A stretch of DNA of 64,000 nucleotides, from contig NC_134029.1 in the NCBI RefSeq assembly GCF_964204645.1, positions 6,820,001-6,884,000 of the forward strand, written 5' to 3'. Positions 38,701-52,800 of the stretch are shown here, one piece after another. Numbering within the stretch: the first letter of the stretch is position 1; every line of letters begins with the position of its first letter. The position numbers and the translations under genes were made by a program. The notes under the pieces were generated by a model. The model was not told where the DNA came from. It saw only the letters and a program-made list of their open reading frames with translations, and did no database searches. The DNA comes from Tubulanus polymorphus (taxonomy: Eukaryota > Animalia > Nemertea).

Positions 38701-41700
38701 CGTACTGACTGTTCTTTGTGGAGCTATCGCCTTGGTTGTAGACTGTTAGTGCAAAAAGACCAGATAATCAATGGAGACAAAATGATATTGCTTTTATGAT
38801 ATCGACATTTCCCACTTTATTAATAAATTTCCATCATCAATGTAACAGATTGAACGTGCCAAACTTAGTAAAGAGAACGTTGTATAAACGCAGAGACCCC
38901 TTAAGTATATATGTGAGTTATAGCCTATAATTTCGATGAGTTTTACTCGCACTTTCTCTAGCGAACTTCTTTTAATCAATGAATTGCTTTTTTCCACCGA
39001 ACAACTTGACGAGGTATCTATCAAAGGAGACCAAACTACGTATAATTTAACAGAGGAAAAGTTGAAAAGTTTCTATTGGTAGAAAAGGTTTCGTATGTAG
39101 CCGTGCTTGCCAATTAGAATTTTACGTTTACGTTGAGGTTTTAAAAGCAATTTACCCGAGCCGAAGCAGACGATTTCAATTAGCAACCGACATATGTATA
39201 CCAAATAGATTGGGTTGAAGATAACATTTACGTCTGAGACAAGTAAAAAATGAAAGGAATATTTGTTTTTCGGTCTTGAAAATATATGCAGAAAACGTGC
39301 AGCCCGACCCGTTCGGGACAACCCTGTAATTCAGCCAATTTGATTTATTTAAGCTTCGTTAATCAGTTGTTATTTTGGCTTTTATGTGCGACGCAACGGG
39401 TTTTATCGCGTTTACTTTGATGTCGAAAATATAGCCTCAATGACCAACCGTTAATCAAATGAGTTCTTATAAAAAGTTGACATCGGTACAAGGCGTGTCC
39501 ACGGAGCCGAGACTTCGCCTTGTGTTTACGCACTCCGCTTGGGATCCGCGATAATAGCCAGGAAAATCATAGGTTTACATTTCACCAATTATAACAATAG
39601 GTGCGTTACTAATTAAAACGAAATAGATCTAATTGTACGCAAATAAAGGATATACGGATATATGTCGGGTGTAGGTTTACGAAAAGACATAATTCATAAA
39701 ACTGAAATAATTCCAACTGCGCACAGCGATAAAAAAACTTTTTGCAGAATTTCTTCTATACGTATTAACCTGCAACAACTTTATCTAAAAAATAACTGTA
39801 TGATTTCTTTCACACGCGTCAAGAATTTTAAACCCCGATTATAAATATGTGTCTCGACCCCGGAATGCAGGCATTCTATATATGAAATATGAATATGCAT
39901 TAACGTCGGAAAACCCCTGGATACAAAGCCCAAATAAAAAGTTGTTTTGACCACGTCTTTACAAGTATAATTCACCGACAAACAGCCTTGAAACTGCTTC
40001 CAACTAAACTTTTGTATTTGCGGAATTCAAGATATGCAGCGGCGTATTGGTATTATTATTGAAATACGGATTAATATTGTAACGCTCGTCGAATATGAAT
40101 TGCCGAAAATAAATTTCAGTATTTTTTTCCACTTTCGCCGACAGGGTTTTTAAAGAGAGAGATACTCTATTCACAGATGACGTCAATTCGTCTTGTTCGC
40201 GTTAACCCGAAGATCAGGTTTTTGAAGTGTAGACGCGTATATTTAGGTAGCCCCTGACATAGGGCTGTCGTATGCAAAATGCATAATAGATACTTCAATG
40301 CAAATCATGTATATGTATACAAATAAAGAATATAGCTTCGAAAGATTTCATTCGGCGCTTTATTTAGATGATTTCATAGTTAAATGCACCAACGCGTTCA
40401 TCGTTTGTAGAACTGTCAACAATTCGTTAACCAAAATGGCGTCACATCGAATTCTGGGAACGACGCTCAAGAATAACAAATACTTCCTTGAATCAAGCAC
40501 ACAACTTTTTAGAATTCTTTTTTTTTCTTACAAAATGAAATTCAAATATGCTAGGTCCCAGTGTCAGTCGTGAAACTGATCTTCCTAAAAAGCTGAGTCC
40601 ATTGGGAACACGAGGGACGCCCATGCAATGTCGGACCCAGGGTTTTTCCCGCCCACCGACCAAAATGGCCCCATTTCATCAACATTTTACACAGAATAGA
40701 ATAGATAAAAGCAGTCATTTATTTAACTTTTTAGGGTTTGGTTTTTGCGCGTAGCTAATTGTTCTCTACGAAATATCGAATGCAATATATTGATCATAAC
40801 TTTTTACACACATAGTTTTCTAGGATATCAACGTAATTTTGTGAACTTGTAGATATTTTTGCTGAAAGATTGCGCAATCAGTTGCGTCTGTACGGCGTAG
40901 TATTCTTCACTGAATATTCAAAAGGAATTGTTTTTCCTTTCAGTTAATTTAAGAGCTTATTTTCATTCTAAAAACCAACTGTCATCAGAAACGTGCTTAA
41001 ACCACGAATCAAGATCCTATTAAAAAAGACACGCTAGTGTTGTCGCGTTAAAAGAAAAATGCACCGAAAAAATATCGAATTAATTAAGACTGTTTGACCC
41101 ATATACGGCATATAATCGAAGGGAACACTTAATTCGCATAAGACTTGATTAACGACCGATTTAAAAGCTCTGCACTTTATGATCTTGCTGGAGTAAAAGC
41201 GAAAAAGTTTCATTCAATATGAATTTTTAAAATCGAGGTTAGTATCGTAGGAGAACTGGTGTTTTAATGTTTATGTGACGGTCTATACCTAGACGCCTCA
41301 AGTGGCGCAATAAAATTCGCTTTCAAATGTTGGTTATACGTTATAAAACGACAAAACGTGATAACCACCAAAAGACCAGCGAATATAGCGAAACAAAGAA
41401 AGTTAAATTAGCTTTTTTCGATAAACGAGTAACTTTCTCGCACGTGCGTTTGTCGGAATTTTAAAAATTGAACTTCAAAGTGACTTTGGAACAGTTTTGA
41501 AAAGAAATGAACAATAACCGATATTACGTCCTCGGGATTTTCTTTTCGAAATTGCCCATCAAAGATATATCGTTATTATTTACGATTTGCATCAGTGCCC
41601 TTTCTTTAAAGTTGCCACGTAACCAAACACGAAAACAAAAGATAAACTATATCAAGCCCAATACCTGGAAACAAAAAGCCCATGAACTAAATTGAATTGA

Positions 41701-44700
41701 AAAATAGAAGTGAAAAGAGAGATTACGAACAGTTTGCGATGAAAATAAGCATGATCTTCAATTGCAGCTTTAAAGCTTCTAGACGCAATTAACCAACTAA
41801 AAAAGGTGAATGATATCGAACAGAATTCTGACGTAGCCGTTCAGTTGGAAGTATTCGACGATAAGAAAACGTCTGACGATGAACATTCGCCATCACTCGA
41901 AGGGGTAGACATCAGTAATTGCGTTGATGTATTCCACGCAATATTCAAACAGGTAAAATTTACGATATTTGCCTTAGATATGATATCTACTGCATCTACT
42001 ATACGAACATCGGGCTAGAAATATCAATTTTGGAAAAAATCTCGAAATCAAATGGAAACGACCAACTTAAGGTCTCTATTGATTAGCTGCAACGGGTTGA
42101 AGATTTTTGGTATTTTGTTTGTTATTTTTTTCCAAGATAATTTTTCAATTTTCACGAATTAAACTCAGGATTGTGAAAATTGGTGGTCTCTTCGGAAAGG
42201 TGGTTAAATCGCATCTACTTTATTCCTGTTTTTTTTTTCATAATGACAGTCCACGGAAAAACCACGTTATTCATGACAGTTCAGGTTCATGATTATATTT
42301 CAAAGCTCTCAGTGCCTTTTCATCCATCATTTGCTTAAGTAGACGTGGATAATAATTGTTCCTCATACATGCCCACGCTTCCCGGGATCTTGTAGACTTC
42401 TACTGATGGTTGACGCGCATGATTGAAGCCATCAAATAGGCAATTACCGCTTTACTTACCTTGGTTATAGATAATTAATCATCGATTAGCCTTGCCTCAG
42501 GGACATAGAATAGTCTTATGCGAAAACTCCCGGAAAAAATCGCCGCAAACGACCCGAACGAAATATTTCATTTTTCAAAACATCCGAATTTCTCATTCTT
42601 TCAGGTTGTCGACACAACTTTCGAGATTCCGTTCATCGCCATTCTTCAGCACCTGCTACAAATCGACCAATCAGATCCCATGGCGGATATCGTCTGGGAG
42701 ACTGTGGAAAAACTAGTTTATAGAGCAACACTAATGGAAAAGGGCGAAAAACCTGAAAAACTCATACAAACGGGTACAAGACGCTTGAAAAAAGCAGTTA
42801 GCGGACAGTGTATTTGTACATGTCATAATTTAGCCAGTCAAGAACGTTTACATCGCGCTTCATCGATAGTTAGACCGAATCGGTTAGGATTATCGGCCGT
42901 GTCGAATCCGTCGTTATTATCTCCGACTGGGATTGACGATATTGACGGGGAGGTCCCTCCACCACTTCCGCCTAAACGTGGTTCACAAAGTGCTCCGCCA
43001 CCAGCACCGCCCCCACCCCCGCCACCACCACCCCCGCCGCCGCTAATGGGTGGTGCTCCAGTGCCGCCACCTCCCCCTCCACCTCTACCAGGTGGAGGCC
43101 CACCTCCACCACCCGGATTTGCCAAACCCGTCGCAAAACTACCTCAACAGGATATTCCTAAACCAAAACGTAAAATGAAACTTTTCCAATGGAACAAAAT
43201 TCCGGCCACAAAAGTCGTCGGTAAAGACAACATGTGGACGACAGTTGGAAATATGTTCAGTGGATATAACGTTAATTTCGAGCAAATTGAACAATTATTC
43301 TGTAAATCAGAACCACAAGAAAAGCAAACTCAGAAAAAAGATTCAGTAGAGGGACCGAATCAAGTTGAAAAGAAGAAATCAGAAACGGTAACAGGAATGA
43401 AATAATTGTAGTACACGTGTACATTTGTAATGTCGGGTAGATTTTAATACAGTATGATATTTTCGTTCGTTTAGGTTAATCTATTAGACGGCAAGCGAAA
43501 TTTGAACATCAACATATTCCTGAAACAGTTTCGCCTGTCGCACGAAGATCTAGTTGAACTCATTGAGGAAGGGGACAGTCAGGATTTCGGAGTCGAAAAA
43601 CTCAAAGGATTGACGAAATTACTACCTACTTCAGATGAGGTACGTGTGTGTAGATATTTCATACCTAAAAGAGGTTTTCAAGTGGCTTGTTCCTCCGATA
43701 CATGTTCAACGACGAAGGAGACATGTGATATTAGTAAAGAGACCCGGATAAGAGCTAGAAAAGAGCAAAGAATTCAATAATCGAGCAACAAAAGTGGTTA
43801 GTTCTTCAGCATATCATAGAGGGGTTTTCATGTGTATTTCAGAGCTGAAGAACCGATCAAATATGAGGTCAACATGCGAAGGTTTCTACTAGTTATTCTT
43901 ATAATATTTTCAACGATATATATCACTCTTTAGGTCATGGTTGACCTAATCCTAGATTTTCTCATGGAATAGATCGTATATGCATTTTTCTAATCTAGGA
44001 TCTACAGCACGATGACATAAATAGCCCATTAAAATTCAATGGTTCCCTACGGTAAAACCTGCAGTGTATTGCCTCGATAATTAATGGCTTCTCGATATCT
44101 TTATGAGTTTATAGTTTGATCAAAAACATATCGATAATTTCCTTGACCCGATTCGTGAATCTAGGCCAAGCTATTTTTCTTTACTCATTGTTTGATAACA
44201 ATCGTACAGTCGTAAGAATGTTTTTCGTTCATTCCGTCAAAATCGATGGGTTCCCGAAAGACAAAAATAAATTCCGTACGGATTGAATAGGTTTACCATT
44301 CGATCGACAAACTAGATATTGTTCGATTGTAAAGACCAATTTATAATCGTTGAATTTGTTTAATCTGTTGGATTTTTTTTGTATCTCTTTTCTGTGAGTC
44401 AGCATATCTACCTGCTTAGTGAGTATCGAAATACCATATCCCGTTTTAAGGCCATAATCAAACCCACCACAAACTTAATGAGGTTGTTCAGTTATCAGTT
44501 TTGGCCTGATATGGGGAGCTGGATATACTGAAACCTAAGATATGACTCAGCCGAAAATAACCGAAACCTGCTACGACTTCATTTTACTAACATACATGTT
44601 ATATAGAGAATCCCTCACTAACAAAACGAGAAAGATGGAGTCCGAATAGTTTCCTTTAAGCTAATGATTCATTGATTCAACGTTTCGACAATAACCTAAT

Positions 44701-47700
44701 AGTCATCTCCAGAATAGTCATCTTCATCCCTGAATATGTCGTATTAACATGCATGTTGCCTTTTTATATTTTCAGATTGAAATGCTTAAGTCTTTCGACG
44801 GTAATAAAGGCAAACTCGGAAATGCCGAGAAATTCCTTTTACAGCTTATCGAATTACCAAAGTAAGATTAAAATCACGTAATTAAATATCGAGAATTTCG
44901 GTCTAGTTGCATCAGACTGATGATTTCATTCAGCTAAGCTTGGTCTCAGTTTACTAATCTTAGCTGTTGGTGCAGTCATCTGACAAACTGCTAATCGATA
45001 AAAATGCTAGCGAAAGTATGGGATGTAATTTTCAGTTACAAATTGAAGATTGAAACAATGCTTATCAAGGAAGAGTTTACGCAAAATATGGATTATATCA
45101 AGCCGACGATTGATACGATCATCTTAGCCGCAAGAGGTAATGGACGAAATGCAGCTCCCAGTAAACATGTTTACGTATGGTGTTGTGAATATAATCATGA
45201 TACGAATTTATGTTTCTAGACTTGAAAGAAAGCAAAGAATTGAAAGAGTTATTTTACCTTATATTAATCGCTGGAAACTTCCTGAATGCTGTAAGTATCA
45301 GGGGAAACCCACAAAACACGTGGTGTTTTCATATTTGTTCTTTCGGTTATCGCTTCAAACCAACGAATTTTTTTAAGAATTTAAGATAACAAAGCATCAT
45401 GAAGTACATTGATTTTTCGTAATGGTAACATTCTCAACAGACTAAGATTCTGTATCGATGGATTTGAATTGTTTCAAAGGGTGGCTATGCGGGTGATGCA
45501 GCGGGATTCAAGATGTCTTCTTTATTGAAACTAACGGAAATGAGAGCGAACAAACCGAGATTGACATTACTTCACTACGTCGTTTCGGAGGCTTCGGTAA
45601 AGAATCCTGACTTGTTGAAATTTCCGGAGAAAATGAGATTCTTGAAAGAAGCGTCGAAGTAAGTCTTTTTCGAAATTCAGGATACCGACATCGAAATGAA
45701 AGAAACGAAGCCTTATTTTTTGATTGATAATCTGTTTTCAGTGCATCGCTTGAGTCGGTGGAAGCGGACGTCAAAGCTCTCAAAACAAAATTAGAAAGCA
45801 TTTCAAACCAACTCAGCAACTCTTCCCATGAACTCCACGGCAAAATGATCTCTTTCTTACAGGTATGTTATTTGTATTTCTCGTTTCTGTATTCTAGTTA
45901 TCACCCCAAAGACTAAGAACGCTGATCTAAAAAGTGCATCCTAGTTTTTCCTCATCTTAACGATATACGTGTAATGCTTTTTTCTAATGATGTCTTGACG
46001 CATGATTTTTGCAGTGCTCGAAAGAAGAGATAACAGAAATTGAATTAGATTTAGAAGAAATCGACGAACTGAGAAAAGAACTTGCGCAATACCTTTGCGA
46101 GGAAGTTGCTTCATTTAAGTTGGAGGAATGTCTGAAGATATTTCAAACATTCGTCGACAGATTCAAGAAATCGATTGAGGTATGGTGACCGATTTTTGCT
46201 AGACCGTTTTTAAAGAAATTTTGAAATGTATGTTTATCTATTATGTACAAGTGAATTTCTCATGAATTCCCAGGAAAATAAACAACGCAAAGAGCAAGAA
46301 GAAAAGGCCGAACAAAGGAAAAAACAAAAGGAAATTGATATGAAAAATAAACATGGTAGGTTTGGGAATCATGTGTGTGGTTGAAGGAAGTAGATGGGAG
46401 TTTTCGAATCGGCATAGATGACGAAATATATGAAAATATGAGAACAGGTTTTCCCTTATCTTTTACAGTGCGTCAGGGATCGGCGGAAGAACAACTACCC
46501 GCCGTTAATAATAACATCATAGATCGGTTACTGGGAGATATCAAGTCCGGATTCACAGGAGGCGAACGACCGAAATCGCCGCAAATGACGGTTACACCAC
46601 CTACGCCATCAGACGAATTCGTCAGATTCGGCTTAGCTCGTAACAGTGGCGGCAAGAAGAATTCCGGTCACGTTCGCTTGCGATCGATTACCGAAAATGA
46701 ACTGGGTGATATGAAACGCCCGCATAGCGCGAATATCGAAGAGATGGGCAGAAAGAAAGATAGTCTTCAAGAGCGACGTATGCGAGGCGCTTCCGCCAAC
46801 GACGGTGATCTGTTCGATGTACTCTGCCAGGGGGACGAGTTGCAGAATCCAGCGGCCATGTTGGTCACTAAATGGGAGGATGTTGTTATTGACAAAGCCG
46901 GCAGCATGAGCAGACGGCGTAGAAAAGATCGCAAACCCGTCGATAGCGTGTTTGACATGGACCGCGAGAGGCCGCCGACTCCACGTACGCCAACACTCGA
47001 TCTTCGTAGGAATAGTCGCAGCTCAGTTGATTCCAGCGACGTCGAATTTGCTCTAGATCTTGAAAAGAGTCGTTCGCTTACTTATCCATCGGAAACATCG
47101 AGTGCTCTGTCATCGCCGCGAGGGGATGTCTCGACGCAGAGGAGATTCCGTTACAGCGACGATTTGAATAAGGACAGTGGTTCAAATAGGAGCAGCGCGG
47201 ATATGACTCCTAGAAAGGGAAGTGGTGAAAATACACCGACGAAACGACTGAGCGCCGAAATTACCCAAGTCCCCGAAGAAGATCCGAAAGTAGAACTGGA
47301 AAATGAGAGGAAACGCCGACGACAGCGAAGAAGTAGACATAGCATGGACCAGAAATCGTTAGGAGATGTCGTCAATGCAGCGAAAGCACTTGAAAAAGTT
47401 GCTCCTACGATTGATGCAACTGAAAATACAGAAACTAAGAACGTAAATATTCCTACAGAGAGCAAGAACCTGCAATCTGTGGTACCAACTGAAAAAGAAA
47501 ACTTATCCTTTGTTGAACTGGAGCCGTCTAAAATCAAAGTAGATACTGAAGACGGTAGCGTAGATCAGATTCAGAAGCCACCAATCATGCATTGTCCTTT
47601 AGTTTCGTCAGAAAGTTTAACAACTACACAGTCTCCTACTCAACAACGTAAGCGCAGCTACAGCCATAAATTTGGTATTCAACGGCGTACCAGTATGGAA

Positions 47701-50700
47701 CCTACTGAAATAGCTAACATCGTTAAACACATCGAGGATAACTACACCGAACAAAAGGAAACACGTACGGAGGAGAATAATAATAAATCCGCTGTAAAAC
47801 CACCGAGCGTGAATGACAAGTCGATTGAAAATGAGCCTTCATCAGCTGCTGAAAGCACCAAAGAAGAAAAAGTCGTATATCCACTTATAGAATCGAGAAG
47901 GAAAAAAGCTAGTAACATACGACCGTCTAATTTCGAGTGGAGGGATAAAACAGATAAACTGATCGCGTGCATGACGCCGGAGACTCCGGAGTCTTCATCC
48001 ACCACGCCGGTAACAAGTGAATCGGCGACCGACTCTGGTATAGCTACGGCTTCACCAAGCCCGCTAGGTTCGGAGAATTCGATACAGTCAAGATTCCAGC
48101 GTCGATGGAAAACGTTTGTCGGCGCGAAAGGTGACGACTCCAACGCCAATGAACAGCCGTCGAGGGAGGACCAGTCGGTCAGCGCACGAATGCGACGCAA
48201 TCGTAACTGGCGTCAACAGCTAGCTAAACACTACTTAAACGAAGATGACAATTCGGAAAATGACATATCACCGCCGAGTACATTTGATCGTAATAGCAGA
48301 TGGCGGCACACATATAGTGCTGGCGACCGCATCAAAACGCAGTCTCCGAAGCAGGACGCGTTACCGGAAGAACCGGTGAAAAATGCAGACGATGCAAAAT
48401 TACCAGAACGGCCAGAAATAAAAGTTAATGCTGTGCCATCAGTGGAGGAGTTGGACAATTCTACCACGTCCCTAGCGTCAATCGCCAGTCAAGAGAGCGT
48501 TGTTTCACAGACACCAGCTGCGAAACGACCGACAAATCTCCTCGGGCCAGGATTGAAACTCAACTTACTGTCCGTCGCGCCATCGTCTCCGTCATCGCCA
48601 GTATCTTCCCCGACGTCACCAGAAAAAGCGAAACGACCAATCATCGACGGGAAAGAGAGTCTTACCGAGAAAGCATTGCTGGAGCATACGTCGCAGTCGT
48701 GGCGCGACGATTCGGATCGAAGTCGAAATTCGTCCCCCGAGCGACATGCACCGAGGGAAACGTCTCCGTTGTTCAGACGAAGAACACCAGAGCCGCTAAC
48801 GCCGACAACTCCGACTAATCCAACAGATGGAGTTATAACTCGGAAGTCTAGCAGTCCCAGCGATCATAAATCCAGTACCCGACGATGGGGCTGTTACTTA
48901 GGCGACGGTGACCTGAACGTTTTACCGGAAAACAAATCAACACCTAATTCACCAGTGGTTCAGAGGCGCCCGTTGCTTTTTGATAGTAACAGCTCGAACG
49001 ATGTTGTTAAGAATAATGACAGACGGTGCAAAAGTAATATCGAAGGTAAGGATGCTATCGAGGCGATCCAGGCATTTGAGGAGAGACCAACAGTAGTTCG
49101 AGCACCCGGTATCAACAATGCCGTCGTATTGCGACGTTCGCGAAATAAATCCGACTCGGAAGAAAAATGCAACAGCGAGTCACGAGATTCCGGTCTCGTC
49201 ACGGATAAACTGATAGAAGGTAACGATAATCTGGATGAATCGGAATGCGATACGGGCTTCGAAACGGCTTCGCAATCGGACACAATCTCGCAGAGAACGT
49301 CGATGAGCAGTACGCTCGATTCCGATCTACCGATGACTCCGAATACGCAACGACGAAAGATAATGACACCCCAAAAAGAAACGGCAGAGGAGTTGGCGGA
49401 GGTGTCTAATCAGTTGACGACGAGTCAAGAACTGGTGAATAGAATGGTTGAAGATAGCGCTAAAGCGTTGGGTAATGGCGACTATGATAACGTCCCTATT
49501 CGTGACGATACTGAAACTAGAAGAAAGATTAGTGATTCTGTACTCGTAGAACCTAAACCGAAAATATCGGAACCCGTTTCACGTCCGACCAGCACAGCTG
49601 GACTATCTACAATGAAATCTGTCTCAAAAACAAAATTAACGTCTAGTGCTAGTTCTTCCCGTTCTGGTAGCACAGATTCGTCTATTCCGACCAAGAAATC
49701 GACTAATAGCGTACGCAGATCAACGGCGACGAAACCGATCTCTAATTCAACCCGATCGAGACTGACGAACGCTACGGAGTCGTCGTCTGGTCGGTCGAAA
49801 ACAGATTCCGTCCCAGTGAGTAACATTCGTCGCTCAACATCGACAACAAAAACCGCGAGATCGGGTTCAATTGCCTCATCCGATAGTCGAGCGACTAGTT
49901 CCCGTTCCTCGCGTGCCAGTACAGACTCTTCCGACTCTATACCGGTCTCAAAGTCGGTGCGCAGCGGAAGCATTTCGTCGAACTCGAAAACGAGCCCGTC
50001 AAAAACGCTTATCGCACCTCGCGGTAAAGCCGATTCGTCCCGCGGGAGTTCTTCGTGCGCGTCGGGGATCAACTCACCGCGTCCGACTTTTGCGTCAAAA
50101 TCGCGTCTTGATTCGCCCAGAGGGAGCATCAGTTCAAACAATGACTCAGGATCGAAGCGCTTGAATTCACCTCGACCTAGCATAAGCAAAACGGATGTCG
50201 GTACACCGAAACCGACTACCACACCCAGGCGAACTCTTATGAAGACTTCTGAAAAAAGTGCCGTTAATGTAACAAAAACTCAAATTTCTCCCAAACCCGA
50301 CAGTGCAGCCCAATCCCCTCGTGTTAGCGGCCGATTGGAACCATCACCTTTGAGTCGATCGAACTCTTTGAGACAAACATCGTTGTCGTCACCACGTTTC
50401 CGCGCGACAACCACTTCGTCTGCCGCAAATCAACCGACTGCTGCCAAACCATCCTCATCGTCGGGCTTTGCGCGAAATGCTTCGTCCCGTTCGACCTTTA
50501 AAGCCGACGCGGTAGCTACTTCTAGATCGCTGTCCGGCAAAACAGCCAGCGCTCGACCTCGTGCAACCATCGCGAAACAACCGATAACTTCCAGCAGTAG
50601 TGTAGCGTCGCCCAGACTCAGAAGCAGTCGATTAGCAACGCCGAAAACAGTCGCGAGCGAGACCGCCGAAAAGGGTTTTCTTCGTAAGTTTGGTATCATC

Positions 50701-50784
50701 GGTCGTCCGAGAAGTGAGGTCGGATCGCCAGGTATTCCAAAAGGAATAGGGGTAATACGAACTACCGACGTAGCACGGGTCTAA
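26710..50784 (+). CDS. INF2: Inverted formin (INF2-like): DID/GBD-FH3, FH1, FH2, WH2/DAD-like motif, very long Ser/Arg-rich tail (~2342 aa)
   Basis: 14 in-phase exons: 26710-27205, 35584-35699, 38379-38541, 41768-41952, 42605-43387, 43475-43639, 44776-44861, 45036-45136, 45220-45290, 45480-45658, 45742-45862, 46015-46179, 46274-46355 and 46469-50784 (7029 nt). [24 protein letters not shown] resembles INF2 [24 protein letters not shown]. Polyproline FH1; FH2 motifs [44 protein letters not shown] and [11 protein letters not shown]; [12 protein letters not shown] after FH2. Confidence 0.93.
33889..34391. mobile_element. Degenerate CAGGGGCGGATCC-family MITE enclosing a long hairpin
   Basis: Ends CGGGGAAGGATCC / GGTCCACCCTTG with subterminal GCACCCCC motifs. 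Confidence 0.45.
34026..34211. repeat. Long near-perfect palindrome (~90-bp arms, 5-nt loop)
   Basis: Arms 34026-34114 and 34120-34211, loop GAACA, only a few mismatches and one small indel. Confidence 0.95.
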
Positions 50785-52800
50785 TGATGTTGAATCATTG
50801 TATGAAAATTATGTAAACCTCTATAGATCTAGTCTCTTAAAAATCATTTTGTTCTTTGTACTACCTCAAATGGATAGATTAACGCGTAACTTCCATCGTC
50901 TTCCTTTAGTTTTTAAGTACAGTCATTTTTCTTAGCTGTCTTTGAATGATTTTATCAGTTTAGAAACATTATTTATTCAGTTGACTCCGAAGTAGCAATC
51001 GTACACGTAGTCATGAGTTTCTTCAATAGTTCTATTTGTTGTTACGATGCCTTGTCTGAGTTGAATTTGACAAGTAGTATATACTAGAAAGGGTCAAGCA
51101 GGTCTTTCGATGACAGTGGTTCTGTTGAAAAAGAGTAAAGGTGCCAGAGCTTTTGTAGCTTAGGACAGGGATACATTCCTGGTGAGGTCACGGTCCAGGC
51201 TTTATATCCTATTCTTTTTTACCGGTGAACAAGCGAAAGGTTGTATGTAACAGTCGTTTCATTGCACGTGTAAGAATGAAAACATACGATACTTAATGAA
51301 GCAACATAGATGTTCCTTTTACCGGTGCTATAATATCATATTTATCATAAGCAGTTGTTATTCTATTTTTATATATATTTTCTTGTAGTTATACCCACGC
51401 GACTTCTATATCTAACTTATGTATATATATCCTGTAAACATTTCAAATAATGGAATAAGTCCTAGAATTATGATAGTTTGTATCTTGGATTCAAAACACA
51501 ACGTTTCGGATTCAAACTAGCATCCATCATTAGGTGAAATTGAAGGATTTGTTGAAATCGTACATCGACACTAATTCATTCTGTTGAAACGTTTATGGTC
51601 TTCATTCGATTTTTATCATTTGTGTAGCGAATGGTTCCTGTGAATTCGTTTTTAAATTGTTAGCACTTTTAGATATCAGTTTCAATCTTGTTTTTTATGA
51701 AGCTAAGCAGAAAAACGTAAAACGTTCGCTACATCAATTCACCCGTAGTGTCACTCTGTCACTAACCAGACGCGACTTCCAGTGTACCGGAAGTGACGTA
51801 GATCTTTAACCACAATCGAATTTATGCCGGATATCCAGCGCTAATGATAAACGCTTCGGTCTTTATTCCGTCCAATAACTTCATTATCACGCAATTTTGT
51901 ATTTTAAAGCTAACTTCTCCGAGCTACGACCTTTATATTCATGCATTCCGATTATGGTAACGAAAATGTGCTCCAATCCCAAAGTACGTGGTAATATGAA
52001 AATATGAATCAACCTATCGTGTATTGTCGTGTATTATTTCGATTTTTTAGAAGATTATGCAATGTAAACCTTAACACACAGAAGACATTATGAACGTACC
52101 GATAACCGTTGAATGATGTAAATAGAAATATCCGAATACATTATATCATAACGTTAAGTTTACTAAATAAAGAATTTAATGATGAATCTATTTTTGTAAT
52201 TGATTTCCAAGGGATTCGATGATTAATTAATTAATGCCGTTATATGTATGTGGAAAGAGACAATTTCGCCCAGACTTGAGAAATCAAGGCAGGTAGAAAA
52301 AGCAAATACATGTACACACTTCTGGAACAAACCTTTATTTACAGAGCCGAAGACTTCTGACTTTGACAGTGCAAAGTCGAGCATTCACAAAGAAATATAT
52401 CTGACTGATCGATCGCCTCTGTAGATGCAAGTTCTCCAAAAATAGTTGAATTGAACAAAACGGGCGATTTCATGGGATCTTAACATATGAACCGATGGCT
52501 GCGAAAGTCTAAGTAAGAGAGGGAATGAGAGGTTTTATGACCAGAAGACCACGCCATCGAAAAATCTAAAACAATAGGCACTATTGACCATGACCAGTCC
52601 ACAGGACTTATATCAGGTCAAGTGTCCTGACCACCACTCGTCAGACGGAACAGTATTGTCTATAGATTATGACATGCTCTTTATATCTAATTAACCCAAA
52701 TCAACTATCATGAGTCCGACGCAAATATCTCTGAAAACAGAACCCAAGCTTTTAGATTAAATGTTAAAACATCGACAAATGATTGGTCGTGCGTCAAGTT

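Noticed and set aside
46375-46468. ORF-track N-terminus of the 1469-aa ORF
   Set aside because: Intronic read-through; the exon starts at the TTTTACAG acceptor (46469).
46473-50699. Several long minus-strand ORFs opposite the formin terminal exon
   Set aside because: Antisense shadows of a long low-complexity coding exon.
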